Shown: piece after piece, positions 38,482 to 48,108 of the stretch
Layout of the letters: the number at the start of each line of letters is the position of its first letter
Numbering within the stretch: position 1 is the stretch's first letter
DNA from: an uncultured Gammaproteobacteria bacterium
GTDB taxonomy: Bacteria > Patescibacteriota > Patescibacteriia > Magasanikbacterales > GWA2-37-8
Length of the DNA stretch: 64,000 bases
Assembly (NCBI GenBank): GCA_964596525.1
Contig: CAZQUL010000001.1
Span: forward strand, 742,509 to 806,508
Reading direction: 5' to 3'
The notes under the pieces: model-generated
Told to the model about the DNA's origin: nothing
The model's database searches: none
Seen by the model: the letters and a program-made list of their open reading frames with translations, nothing else
Position numbers and translations under genes: made by a program

Positions 38482-39075
38482 ATGCCGCGTTCTCGCCAAA
38501 AAATCATCCTTTCTACCGCTGGCACGCTTTTTCTTGCCGTCGTTATTCTTGTCCTGCGGCGGGCGGCAGTGGAATTTCCGGAGTTTAAAAAGGTTATCGA
38601 CCAGATCGTCGTTGCCACGTCGTCCGAGCCAGCCACCCCACCTTCATCTTCGGTGCCACAGGTCGTTTCGTCGACCCATGGTGTGTGGTTTACCGTGGCG
38701 CGCGTCGTTGATGGCGATACGATTGAACTCGCGGATGGAACTAAAGTGCGCTACGTTGGTGTAAATACACCCGAGACGCACCACCCCACCAAAGGCGTGG
38801 AGTGTTTTGGTAAAGAAGCCGAGGCATACAATGCCGCGCTTGTCGTTGGCAAACGCGTTAGGCTCGAAAAAGACGTTTCAGAAACCGATCGTTATGGCCG
38901 ATTGCTTCGTTTTGTATACCTTGAAGATGCCACATTCGTGAACAAAAAATTAATCGAAGACGGGTATGCGACCGTCATGACGTATGCGCCCGACGTGGCT
39001 AAAAGCAAAGAATTCGTGGTGGCAGAAGCAGCTGCGCGCGAAGCAGGCCTTGGGCTGTGGAAACAGTGTAGGTGA
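38482..39075 (+). CDS. Thermonuclease (SNase-like) family nuclease, membrane-anchored
   Basis: VVDGDTIELADGTKVRYVGVNTPE matches the staphylococcal nuclease core. An N-terminal TM helix is present. Confidence 0.7.
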   Translation: MPRSRQKIILSTAGTLFLAVVILVLRRAAVEFPEFKKVIDQIVVATSSEPATPPSSSVPQVVSSTHGVWFTVARVVDGDTIELADGTKVRYVGVNTPETHHPTKGVECFGKEAEAYNAALVVGKRVRLEKDVSETDRYGRLLRFVYLEDATFVNKKLIEDGYATVMTYAPDVAKSKEFVVAEAAAREAGLGLWKQCR

Positions 39076-39122
39076 TGGAGGATGGGGTGCGAACATGTTT
39101 CGTATCCCTTGCTTAATTACTT

Positions 39123-39596
39123 ATGTATGAGCATATGCAAGCACGTCTAACCACCGACAAAGGAATTATCGTTATGGAATTGAGCGATAAGGCAACTCCT
39201 AAAACCGTTGAGAATTTTGTTTCGCTCGCCAAAAAAGGTTTTTACGATGGTACGATATTTCATCGCACCATCGCCGGGTTCATGATTCAGGGCGGTGATC
39301 CGAAAGGTGATGGTACGGGTGGGCCAGGATATAAATTTGATGACGAACCGTTTACGGGCGAATACACGCGCGGCACGGTCGCCATGGCGAACGCGGGGCC
39401 CAATACCAACGGCAGCCAGTTTTTCATCATGCATGCGGATATTAATTTACCCAAGAATTACGTGATTTTTGGTAGGGTCGTTGAAGGTCTTAATGTCGTT
39501 GATGCGATTGCGACCGCGCCCGTGACGTGGAGTAGGGGAGGTGAAAAATCGCAGCCGGTTGAAGCGGTAGTGGTGGAGAAGGTTGAAATATTGTAA
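39123..39596 (+). CDS. Peptidyl-prolyl cis-trans isomerase, cyclophilin type
   Basis: FHRTIAGFMIQGGDP ... GTVAMANAGPNTNGSQFFI. Confidence 0.85.
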   Translation: MYEHMQARLTTDKGIIVMELSDKATPKTVENFVSLAKKGFYDGTIFHRTIAGFMIQGGDPKGDGTGGPGYKFDDEPFTGEYTRGTVAMANAGPNTNGSQFFIMHADINLPKNYVIFGRVVEGLNVVDAIATAPVTWSRGGEKSQPVEAVVVEKVEIL

Positions 39597-39614
39597 TTTT
39601 ATTCTTTAACCAGT

Positions 39615-41165
39615 ATGTCTATGCGCGAAGGAGGAATTCCTGGATACAATCCTGTCGAAACGCCTGCTATACAAGAATCGTTTGCTAACATCGCCCGGAT
39701 GATTGCGGATCCTAAAGTGCATCTCGATGAAAAGTTGCCGTTCGTTACCCTAGAAAAAGGCGCAGATTTTTGGGGTAAATTCCACACCTTGGACGCTGGA
39801 GATCAAAAGAAAATCGTGTTTTCATTGTTGCGTGAAAACGCGGCACGGATCGTGTTGCGGCCTTTGGAGAAATTATATTCTCAGGGAGAATGCGCCATTT
39901 CGAAGCGTGAACTTTTCGAATGCGTCGTCAACGAGGCACCGTTTGGTAAGGAGCTCGTCTTGGAACACGCCGCGCTGTTCGCCGAAGTGATGGATCGGGA
40001 ATTCGTCGATTCGGTTATTAAGCACGGCTCGTACGGTGCGGTAACCGAACTTATGCGCCATGCGCGCGAGATTCCGTATGAAACCATTGACTCCTACGAA
40101 CTTTTAAGCGGTATTTTTGACCGGGGGCAAGATGACCCTTATTTTTACCGTCTCTACGCAACCTACGCGGCTCAGGCGCTTCCTCCTGACGGCGATCCTT
40201 TGCCGGCCACAGCTGCGCTTGAGATCGTGGAGAAACGGAGTTTAATACCTAAAAATCCGCATGAAAAGCGTCCGAACAACACGGAATCGGAGTATATCGT
40301 AGATACAGTAATGCGCAATGTGGCCGTGTTTGGCGATGAGTACGATGAAGATGATAACGGGGTGCGGCGGCGGTATTTTTCTGATCCGGTGGGGGAGGCT
40401 CTGTGGTATGAAATTACCGGCACCGGCACGCCAGAAGACGTCGACGCCTTTCTCTCGAATTTAGATACTCTTCGTCCGGTCGGTATTAGCGTGGAATATC
40501 TTCTTAATAAAGGACCGGCTTATGCTGCTGTCGTCGCGCGCCGGGCGCTCGATATCCATAATTTTTCTCGTTTTGAGTACGAGGATGTTGAGGCTTTTGC
40601 TGAGTTCGATCAGCTGAAACCACTTTTTTTGCAAGCAGAAGCGTTTGGTGAGCGTGTGCAACAGTTTATCCTTGGGAACATGGATAAGGAGGATGTAGAA
40701 GAACTGCTCTGGGAGCGTGAATGGCCGGCGTGGCTTGGCAAGCTCTGTGCGCGTGACGCTACGCTACGCTCTAATGTCATGGGACTGTATCAGGAATTCA
40801 TCTTCAGCGAATGTTCGCTTGAAGACGTTATTGACCATCTGGAGAATATTCCTGAGCAATTCTATTTTGAATTTTTGGTTACAAAGATGACTCAGGATAA
40901 CCTTATTAAAAAGGAACTTTCTCCTGAGTATTACTGGAAAATCGTGGAGGCATGCCCGGAAGCGCTTGAAATGGCGATCGACTTTACTTTTGGGCTTGAA
41001 CGTGAAGACTATGAGCGGTTACTTAACCTCGTTCCTGAAGGGAGTGTCTTGGGTGTGTATATGAATTTGCTTAAAAGTTTGCCACAGGAGGAACTGTCGG
41101 CCTGGAAAAAGGAGGATCCAGGACTTTTTGAGAAGCTCGATAAAGTGAATGCGCGGACGTTTTGA
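39615..41165 (+). CDS. Hypothetical acidic protein (516 aa, no TM helices)
   Basis: A clean ORF rich in D/E. Its 3' end overlaps the downstream exonuclease ORF. Confidence 0.5.
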   Translation: MSMREGGIPGYNPVETPAIQESFANIARMIADPKVHLDEKLPFVTLEKGADFWGKFHTLDAGDQKKIVFSLLRENAARIVLRPLEKLYSQGECAISKRELFECVVNEAPFGKELVLEHAALFAEVMDREFVDSVIKHGSYGAVTELMRHAREIPYETIDSYELLSGIFDRGQDDPYFYRLYATYAAQALPPDGDPLPATAALEIVEKRSLIPKNPHEKRPNNTESEYIVDTVMRNVAVFGDEYDEDDNGVRRRYFSDPVGEALWYEITGTGTPEDVDAFLSNLDTLRPVGISVEYLLNKGPAYAAVVARRALDIHNFSRFEYEDVEAFAEFDQLKPLFLQAEAFGERVQQFILGNMDKEDVEELLWEREWPAWLGKLCARDATLRSNVMGLYQEFIFSECSLEDVIDHLENIPEQFYFEFLVTKMTQDNLIKKELSPEYYWKIVEACPEALEMAIDFTFGLEREDYERLLNLVPEGSVLGVYMNLLKSLPQEELSAWKKEDPGLFEKLDKVNARTF

Positions 41166-41185
41166 TTTTTTCTTTTAATCTCCCT

Positions 41186-41902
41186 ATGTCCACCCTCATC
41201 TTCGATATCGAAACCGTCGGTGAAGATTTCGATTCTCTCGACGGCGCTTCGCAAAGCGTTCTAACCCGTTGGATAAAAGAACAAGCCGCCGCCGATGAAG
41301 AGCGTTACCAGCATAGTCTGGAAACCCTCAAAAACGGCATGGGCTTTTCGCCGCTCACCGGGTTTGTCGCCGCGATCGGCGTGTATGATCTGGAACGTTC
41401 TCGTGGTGCCGTGTATTTTCAGGCGCCCGAGAAAACCATTGAGGAACACGAAGTTGAGGGGTTTAAGTATTGCCAAAAAACTGAACCGGAGTTGCTGGAA
41501 ACGTTCTGGAATATAGCTGCCAAGTACGATGAGATCGTTACGTTTAACGGCCGCTGTTTCGATGTGCCCTTCCTCATGATTCGCTCGGCGGTTCATAATG
41601 TCAAACCAAGCTGCAACTTGCTTTCCCAGCGCTACATTGAGCGTCAGTACCAAGGTATCAAGCATGTGGATTTGTGCGACCAACTCAGTTTTTACGGGGC
41701 GATGTGGCGGCGGCCGAGCTTGCATATGGTTTGCCGTGCGTTTGGTGTGGAAAGCCCTAAGGCTCAAGGGGTGACTGGCGACGATGTGGCGGCTTTATAT
41801 CGGGGCGGTCAGTTCGAGGATATCGCCCGCTACAACGCCCGTGATCTGGTGGCTACGGCCGAAGTATACAAACGATGGTGTTCGATGCTCCGTTTTTGCT
41901 AA
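41186..41902 (+). CDS. 3'-5' exonuclease of the PolB-exo-like / DEDD family
   Basis: LIFDIETVG is the Exo I motif. Its size and further acidic motifs fit stand-alone PolB-exonuclease-domain proteins. Confidence 0.6.
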   Translation: MSTLIFDIETVGEDFDSLDGASQSVLTRWIKEQAAADEERYQHSLETLKNGMGFSPLTGFVAAIGVYDLERSRGAVYFQAPEKTIEEHEVEGFKYCQKTEPELLETFWNIAAKYDEIVTFNGRCFDVPFLMIRSAVHNVKPSCNLLSQRYIERQYQGIKHVDLCDQLSFYGAMWRRPSLHMVCRAFGVESPKAQGVTGDDVAALYRGGQFEDIARYNARDLVATAEVYKRWCSMLRFC

Positions 41903-41982
41903 TATAAGGGGGTGGAGCGTTATAAAAAAGCCGTCCGCGCATGCATAGACTTTTGTTTTTTTCTGCGTTATACTAGCCCCAT

Positions 41983-43944
41983 ATGACTGACCAAAACCCC
42001 CAACAACCCTATCTGGCGGACCCGAACGTCAATTACTTCGGGCTCACCAATTTCCGCAACCAATACCGCAAGTTCGGTATCAAGCTTGATGACCGTTTGC
42101 GTCACGTCTACGTGGTTGGTAAATCCGGTATGGGTAAAAGTACCTTGCTTGAAAACATGGTGCTTAACGATATTTACGCCGGGCATGGGGTGGGGCTCGT
42201 CGATCCGCACGGTGATTTCGCCGAAAAAGTGGTGGACTGCATTCCAGCACACCGCGTCAAAGATGTCGTCTATTTCAACCCGTGCGATCTTGAATTTCCG
42301 GTTGGCTTCAACATCCTCGAAGCAGTCGACCCGAATCGTCGCCACCTCATTGCCGACGGTCTGCGCGGCGTTTTCAAGAAAATTTGGCCCGATGTATGGA
42401 GCGCGCGTATGGAATACATCTTGGTCAACACGATTCTTGCGCTTCTCGAATATCCTGGAACAACGCTTTTGTCTATCAACCGACTGCTTGCCGACGATGA
42501 GTATCGTGACAAAGTCGTCGCCGAAGTGAAAGATCCGGCCGTCAAAGCGTTTTGGGAAAAAGAATTCGCCAATTATAACGATAAGTACAAGCAAGAAGCC
42601 GTAGCCCCGATCCAGAATAAAATCGGTCAGTTTTTGGCTGCATCCATCATCCGTAACATCGTGGCCCAACCCAAATCCACCATCAATATCCGCGAAATCA
42701 TGGATAGTAAGAAGATTTTCATCGTCAACTTGTCCAAAGGTCGCGTGGGTGAAGACAACTCTCGTTTGCTCGGCGCCATGTTGGTTACCAAGCTGTATCT
42801 TTCGGCCATGGAACGCGTCGACATCAAAGCCAAGGATCGCAAGCCGTTTTTCCTCTACGTCGACGAATTCCAGAACTTTGCTACCGAAAGTTTCGCAAGC
42901 ATTCTCTCCGAAGCGCGCAAATACGGCTTAAGCCTTACGGTCGCGCACCAGTATATGAAGCAGCTCGACGAAATGGTGCTCGATGCTATTATTGGTAACG
43001 TAGGTACCATGATTAGTTTCCGCGTCGGTTCCGGCGACTCCGAGATTTTGGCTAAAGAATTCATACCCACCTTTACGGAAGAAGATCTCATCAACCTGCC
43101 GAAATTCCAGATTTATCTTAAGCTCCTTATTGACGGCGTGGCGTCGCGGCCGTTTAGCGCCATGACCCTTCCGCCGGTTGTAGCGGCCACTGACAACACA
43201 CCGGCTGTTATTGCCTATGCGCACGAACATTACACCTCTAAACGTGCCGATATCGAACGCGAAGTGGCGGAATTAAGCGGTATCGTTACCCTTGATCCGA
43301 ACGTTGCTCAAGCGCTCGAAGTATCCGAAGAAGAGAGTGTCTATGCTGCACCGCCTGCGCGCACCGCTCCACCGCGCCGTGATGGTGGCGGGGGTGGTGG
43401 TAAACGTTTTGATGATCGCCGTGATGGAGGCAACCGTGGTGGTGGCTCGTACGGTGGTGATCGTGGTGGCGGTAGAAACCGCCAAGGCGGCAATGGGGGT
43501 GGGCAATTTGGGGGTGGCCAGCGCCGTGATGGTGGCGGTCGCAGCGACGGACGCCGTGACCGAGGAGATCGCGATTACAGCGCTCCGCGTCCGCCCGCGC
43601 CGCACGAAACAGAACAAGTACTGCTTGTTGACCCTAACCAAAAAGGCTTGTCGCTCAACGCCATCGCGTCACAGCGCACAGGTGCTGAGCAGCGTTCGGA
43701 TCGGCCGCGCCACCGGGATCGTGACCACCGAGGGCAGCAGGGTGGTAGCGAGCGTCTGCCGCGTGATCATCAAATGCCTCAAAGCCAGCATGCATCGGCC
43801 TCGTCTGCTCCTCAACCGAGCGTTAACCCTGAGCCTCGTCCGGTTCCTCCGGCACCCGCTCCGGTAACGCCTCTAGCACCTCCAGCGCCACCAGCCGCAC
43901 CACCTCAAGCTCCTCCTGCCAATCCGCCTGCTTCACAACCTTAA
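41983..43944 (+). CDS. Soluble TraG/TraD/VirD4-like (T4SS coupling protein family) P-loop NTPase with a C-terminal RGG/Pro-rich disordered tail
   Basis: Walker A is VVGKSGMGKST and Walker B is FFLYVDEFQNF. ARKYGLSLTVAHQYMKQL resembles the TraG/VirD4 conserved region. The last ~230 aa are Gly/Arg repeats followed by a Pro/Ala-rich stretch. Confidence 0.5.
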   Translation: MTDQNPQQPYLADPNVNYFGLTNFRNQYRKFGIKLDDRLRHVYVVGKSGMGKSTLLENMVLNDIYAGHGVGLVDPHGDFAEKVVDCIPAHRVKDVVYFNPCDLEFPVGFNILEAVDPNRRHLIADGLRGVFKKIWPDVWSARMEYILVNTILALLEYPGTTLLSINRLLADDEYRDKVVAEVKDPAVKAFWEKEFANYNDKYKQEAVAPIQNKIGQFLAASIIRNIVAQPKSTINIREIMDSKKIFIVNLSKGRVGEDNSRLLGAMLVTKLYLSAMERVDIKAKDRKPFFLYVDEFQNFATESFASILSEARKYGLSLTVAHQYMKQLDEMVLDAIIGNVGTMISFRVGSGDSEILAKEFIPTFTEEDLINLPKFQIYLKLLIDGVASRPFSAMTLPPVVAATDNTPAVIAYAHEHYTSKRADIEREVAELSGIVTLDPNVAQALEVSEEESVYAAPPARTAPPRRDGGGGGGKRFDDRRDGGNRGGGSYGGDRGGGRNRQGGNGGGQFGGGQRRDGGGRSDGRRDRGDRDYSAPRPPAPHETEQVLLVDPNQKGLSLNAIASQRTGAEQRSDRPRHRDRDHRGQQGGSERLPRDHQMPQSQHASASSAPQPSVNPEPRPVPPAPAPVTPLAPPAPPAAPPQAPPANPPASQP

Positions 43945-43989
43945 TCCCTGTTTCATCTACGCCGTTACGTACGGTTACTCTGTTTAGGT

Positions 43990-45687
43990 ATGCGTTATTC
44001 CCATGTTTTCGGTAAAACCAGCAAAGAAGATATCAAAGGCTCGACCATGATAAGTCACCAGTTGCTCGTACGCGCTGGATTTATCCGCGAATCGGTCGCG
44101 GGTCGGTATTTCTTTTTGCCCCTCGGCTGGCGCGTGCATGATAAAATCAAAGCCGTCATCAAAGAAGAAATGGACAAAGCCGGCGCCCAAGAAATGATAA
44201 GCCCGGTGCTCCACCCGCTTGAGCTGTGGCAAGAAACCAATCGTACGTCATCGGCCGGATTTGAACTCATGAAAGTCACCGACCGGCGCGGCGCTGAATT
44301 TGCGCTCGGCGGTACGGCCGAAGAAATGTTCGTCGACGTGGTGCGCAAGTTCCAGCTCAGTTACCGAGATTTGCCGTTCAATATCTACCAATTCTCCACC
44401 AAATTCCGCGATGAAGCGCGGGCGCGCGGCGGGCTACTCCGCGTTCGCGAATTCGTAATGAAAGACGCGTACTCATTCCATCGCGATGCTGAAGACTTCA
44501 AAAAAACCTACGCGCTCATGGCTGAAACATATGAACGCATTTTTAAGCGCCTGGGCCTTGAAGCAAAATCCGTCGCGGCCGACAATGGCTACATCGGCGG
44601 TGAATACTGTCATGAATTCCAAGTCGAGCATGAGCTCGGTGAAGGACGGTTTTTCGTTTCCGCCGACGGCGCGTATAGCGCTCATGAAGATATTGCCGCT
44701 TTCCGCCGTGATGACAAAAATTCTTCTGCCACTCTTGAAGACTACCGCGAGGTGGCGGTCGAGCGCGGGGCGAGTATCGACGATGGTGTAAAAGCGCACG
44801 GTTTACCGGCCTGGCAGCAGCTCAAAAACGTTCTTTACGCCAACGAAAAAAACGAGCTTATCTTGGCTGTCATTCGCGGCGATCTGAACGTCAATGAAAC
44901 CAAGTTGCAAAAAGTATGTGGAGCGTATCAGCTGCGTCTCGCGACCGAAGACGAAGTGCGTGGCATCGGTTCGGAACCAGGCTTTATCTCGCCAGTCGGG
45001 CTCGAGAAAAAGGTAAAAATTGTTGGCGACATCTCGCTTGCGACGGTCAGGAATTTTTACGGCGGTGCTAATCGTACCAATACCGATGCGCTCAATATCA
45101 ATGTCGGACGCGATTTTATGCTGGCTCTCGAGGCAGATATTGCTATGGCTGAATCCGGTTTTACGACCGTTGACGGAACAAGCACGCTTGTCGAAAAACG
45201 GGGTATCGAGGTGGGGAATATTTTCCAGCTTGGTCACCATTACACCACCCTCATGAAGGGTGCTGAATTTATGGATGAAGACGGTAAAGCCAAACCGTAC
45301 TATATGGGTTGCTACGGTATTGGTTTGGGACGTACTATGGCCACTATCGTTGAAAAGCACCGCGACGAAAAAGGCATGATCTGGCCAGAGGTAGTTGCGC
45401 CGTTTCGCGTGCATGTTGTACAGCTCGGTGGTGATAGCGAAGTGCGCGCGTATGCTGAAAAAGTATATGCTGAACTTCAGGCTGCTCATATCGATGTTTT
45501 GTTGGATGACCGCGAGGGTCCGACTGCTGGCGAAAAATTTGCCGATGCGGATTTGATCGGCATTCCATATCGCATTGTTGTGTCCAAGAAAACCATGGCG
45601 CAGAGCGCGCTCGAGTTTAAAGAACGTCGTGGTGGCGAAGCGCGCTTGGTGTCGATGGATGAACTCTTCAAGCTGCTTGAGAAGTAG
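43990..45687 (+). CDS. proS: Proline--tRNA ligase (bacterial type)
   Basis: ISHQLLVRAGFI ... FRDE ... class II motifs 2 and 3, plus a C-terminal anticodon-binding domain. Confidence 0.9.
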   Translation: MRYSHVFGKTSKEDIKGSTMISHQLLVRAGFIRESVAGRYFFLPLGWRVHDKIKAVIKEEMDKAGAQEMISPVLHPLELWQETNRTSSAGFELMKVTDRRGAEFALGGTAEEMFVDVVRKFQLSYRDLPFNIYQFSTKFRDEARARGGLLRVREFVMKDAYSFHRDAEDFKKTYALMAETYERIFKRLGLEAKSVAADNGYIGGEYCHEFQVEHELGEGRFFVSADGAYSAHEDIAAFRRDDKNSSATLEDYREVAVERGASIDDGVKAHGLPAWQQLKNVLYANEKNELILAVIRGDLNVNETKLQKVCGAYQLRLATEDEVRGIGSEPGFISPVGLEKKVKIVGDISLATVRNFYGGANRTNTDALNINVGRDFMLALEADIAMAESGFTTVDGTSTLVEKRGIEVGNIFQLGHHYTTLMKGAEFMDEDGKAKPYYMGCYGIGLGRTMATIVEKHRDEKGMIWPEVVAPFRVHVVQLGGDSEVRAYAEKVYAELQAAHIDVLLDDREGPTAGEKFADADLIGIPYRIVVSKKTMAQSALEFKERRGGEARLVSMDELFKLLEK

Positions 45688-45692
45688 CGCGT

Positions 45693-45926
45693 ATGACTGT
45701 CACGCTCTATTCAACCCCTACGTGTCCATTTTGCCACCAAACCCGTGAATTCCTGACCAATGCCGGTATTGTCTTCACCGACTATAACGTGGCGGATGAT
45801 GATGTAGCGCGTGGTTATATGATCGAAAAGTCCGGCAAAACCGCTGTGCCGGTCATTGATATCGACGGGCAGATCGTTGTCGGATTCAACGAAGAATTGC
45901 TCCGTGCTCTCCTTCATCTAACCTAG
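45693..45926 (+). CDS. Glutaredoxin-like protein (NrdH/Grx family)
   Basis: The redox motif is CPFC, and the protein is 77 aa. Confidence 0.8.
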   Translation: MTVTLYSTPTCPFCHQTREFLTNAGIVFTDYNVADDDVARGYMIEKSGKTAVPVIDIDGQIVVGFNEELLRALLHLT

Positions 45927-45940
45927 TTTTCTTTATCCGT

Positions 45941-46555
45941 ATGGCCTACGAAGTGGTATTCGATATCGAAACCCAAAACACGTTTTTCGATGTTGCTAAC
46001 GATATCACGAAACTCAAAGTTTCGGTCGTTTCGCTGTATCGTTCGGATACAGGGAGTTATCACAGCTTTACCGTTGATGAACTTAACAAGCTCTGGACTG
46101 TTTTTGAGCATGCCGATCGTCTTATCGGATTCAACAGCGAGCACTTTGATTTGCCGGTCTTGAACAACTATTATCCTGGTAATCTGCTCGAATTTCCGCA
46201 CCTCGATTTGCTCAAGAAAGTAAAAGAAAGCCTTGGTATCCGTCTCAAACTTAAAGATCTGGCCGAAGCCACGCTTGACAATGTCACGAAAAGCGCCGAT
46301 GGTTTGCAGGCTATCAAGTGGTGGAAAGAGGGGAATATCGCCGATATCATTAAATACTGCGAGCAGGACGTAAAAGTAACCAAAGAACTGTACGATTTTG
46401 GCCGCGAACATGGGCAGTTGTTCTACAAGTCGCTTACCGGAGAAACATTGCCGTTTGCTATCGATTTTGGACCTGTCGCGCACCAAACAGGGGCAGGAGC
46501 TGTCGAAAAGGCTTCGGCTACTCCGAAAAGCATCAATCTTACCTTACCTTTTTAA
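45941..46555 (+). CDS. 3'-5' exonuclease, PolB-exo-like / DEDD family (paralog of 41186..41902)
   Basis: VVFDIETQN is the Exo I motif. The architecture matches the upstream paralog. Confidence 0.6.
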   Translation: MAYEVVFDIETQNTFFDVANDITKLKVSVVSLYRSDTGSYHSFTVDELNKLWTVFEHADRLIGFNSEHFDLPVLNNYYPGNLLEFPHLDLLKKVKESLGIRLKLKDLAEATLDNVTKSADGLQAIKWWKEGNIADIIKYCEQDVKVTKELYDFGREHGQLFYKSLTGETLPFAIDFGPVAHQTGAGAVEKASATPKSINLTLPF

Positions 46556-46560
46556 TCACT

Positions 46561-46914
46561 ATGAGCGGGCTGCTCTTTACCCTCTGGCGGGATGTTTTAG
46601 CGATTGTGCCGCTTATTGTCGGCACGGGGTTAACAGCCTTTATCTGGCTTGAAGCTTTCATAACCATTCGTCCGACAACGGCGGTTGTCTTTTTGCATCG
46701 CAGTATTCTTTCGGGTGTGACGCTCACTGGCGAGTGGTGGCAGCTCTTTTTCGTACCTCTTGCCGCGACGATGTTATGGCTTACCGAAGTGATACTTTCC
46801 TTCGTATTTCATGCTCATAACAAAACTTTGATCCGGTTGCTTCTCACCGTTGGGTGCGGAGCGCTTCTTGGATGGTGGTGGGGTTTCCATCGCATTTTGC
46901 TTATTAATTACTAG
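46561..46914 (+). CDS. Small membrane protein of unknown function
   Basis: A 117-aa ORF with three or four TM helices, immediately upstream of ftsW/rodA. Confidence 0.45.
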   Translation: MSGLLFTLWRDVLAIVPLIVGTGLTAFIWLEAFITIRPTTAVVFLHRSILSGVTLTGEWWQLFFVPLAATMLWLTEVILSFVFHAHNKTLIRLLLTVGCGALLGWWWGFHRILLINY

Positions 46915-46916
46915 AT

Positions 46917-48056
46917 ATGGCCGGAGCACTGCAAGGAGGCGGGTTGGAACGCAAGCTGCTCGGCGCGCTCTTGGTTTTGGTGGTAGTCGGTTTAGCGGTG
47001 TTGACCTCAGCCAGCACGCCGCTCGCGTTCAGCAATTCTGCCTTGCAGGACGGCTATTTTTTTGTTAAACGACAAATCTTGTTCGGTTTGCTTCCGGGAT
47101 TGGTGCTTTTTTTCGTCAATTGTTTCATTCCCACAGCATGGTGGCGTCGTCTTGGGCCCGTTATGTATGGTGCATCGCTCCTCCTGCTGATACTTGTATT
47201 TGTGCCGGGGTTTGGCCTTACTATTAATGGGTCACATAGCTGGCTCGCTATTGGATCGTTTACGTTTCAGCCGGCGGAACTGGCTAAAGCCGGCCTTATT
47301 GGGTTTATGGCCGCGTTTCTAGCCCAGCGTGCACCCGGCTGGGAAGATCCCAAAGACGATCTTGTTCCGCTTTTGGTGTGGATTGCGGTGCCTATTTTCT
47401 TTATCCTCCTCCAGGGCGATTTAGGTTCGGCGGTGATCGTTTCGGCAATTGCCTTTACTATGCTTTTCGCGGCTCGGTTGCCGCTTAAATATTTGGCGGC
47501 GATCGCCGGTGTGGCGCTTATTGGCGCTATGCTTATGGTTGTCATCGCGCCACATCGCATTAATCGCATCTTGGCGTTTATCAACCCCGATCTTGTCACC
47601 GAAGAACGTTTCCGCTATCAAATCGATCAGGCCACGCTCGCCATTGGTTCGGGTGGTTTCTGGGGTGTTGGTTTCGGCCATTCGCGCCAGAAATTCCAGT
47701 ACCTGCCCGAAGTCAACGCCGATTCCATCTTTGCAGTGTATGCCGAAGAGATGGGGTTTGTCGGTTCGCTCGCGCTTATTACACTCATCGTGAGTATTGG
47801 TTTTTTGGCGCTGCGTTCGGCAAGCCGCACGCCAGATCCGCTGGGAAAATACCTGATTATCGGCGTGGCCTCCTGGTTTCTGTGGCAATCGTTCTTTAAT
47901 ATCGGCGGCATTACGCGCGCCATGCCGTTAACCGGCGTGCCGCTTCCGCTTGTAAGTCACGGCGGATCGGCATATCTTATGATGCTCGCGGCGTTTGGTA
48001 TCGTGGTGGGGGCGAGCAGAAATGCCAGAGGGACGAGAGATCATTCTTCAAGATAA
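46917..48056 (+). CDS. FtsW/RodA/SpoVE family peptidoglycan glycosyltransferase (SEDS)
   Basis: A 10-TM SEDS-type topology with conserved motifs (GDLGSAV, LPEVNADSIFAV, PLPLVSHGGS). Confidence 0.85.
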   Translation: MAGALQGGGLERKLLGALLVLVVVGLAVLTSASTPLAFSNSALQDGYFFVKRQILFGLLPGLVLFFVNCFIPTAWWRRLGPVMYGASLLLLILVFVPGFGLTINGSHSWLAIGSFTFQPAELAKAGLIGFMAAFLAQRAPGWEDPKDDLVPLLVWIAVPIFFILLQGDLGSAVIVSAIAFTMLFAARLPLKYLAAIAGVALIGAMLMVVIAPHRINRILAFINPDLVTEERFRYQIDQATLAIGSGGFWGVGFGHSRQKFQYLPEVNADSIFAVYAEEMGFVGSLALITLIVSIGFLALRSASRTPDPLGKYLIIGVASWFLWQSFFNIGGITRAMPLTGVPLPLVSHGGSAYLMMLAAFGIVVGASRNARGTRDHSSR

Positions 48057-48108
48057 AGGGCTTACCACCTCGAACGCGATCGTATTTTTTTGATTACGGC
48101 TACTTTAT

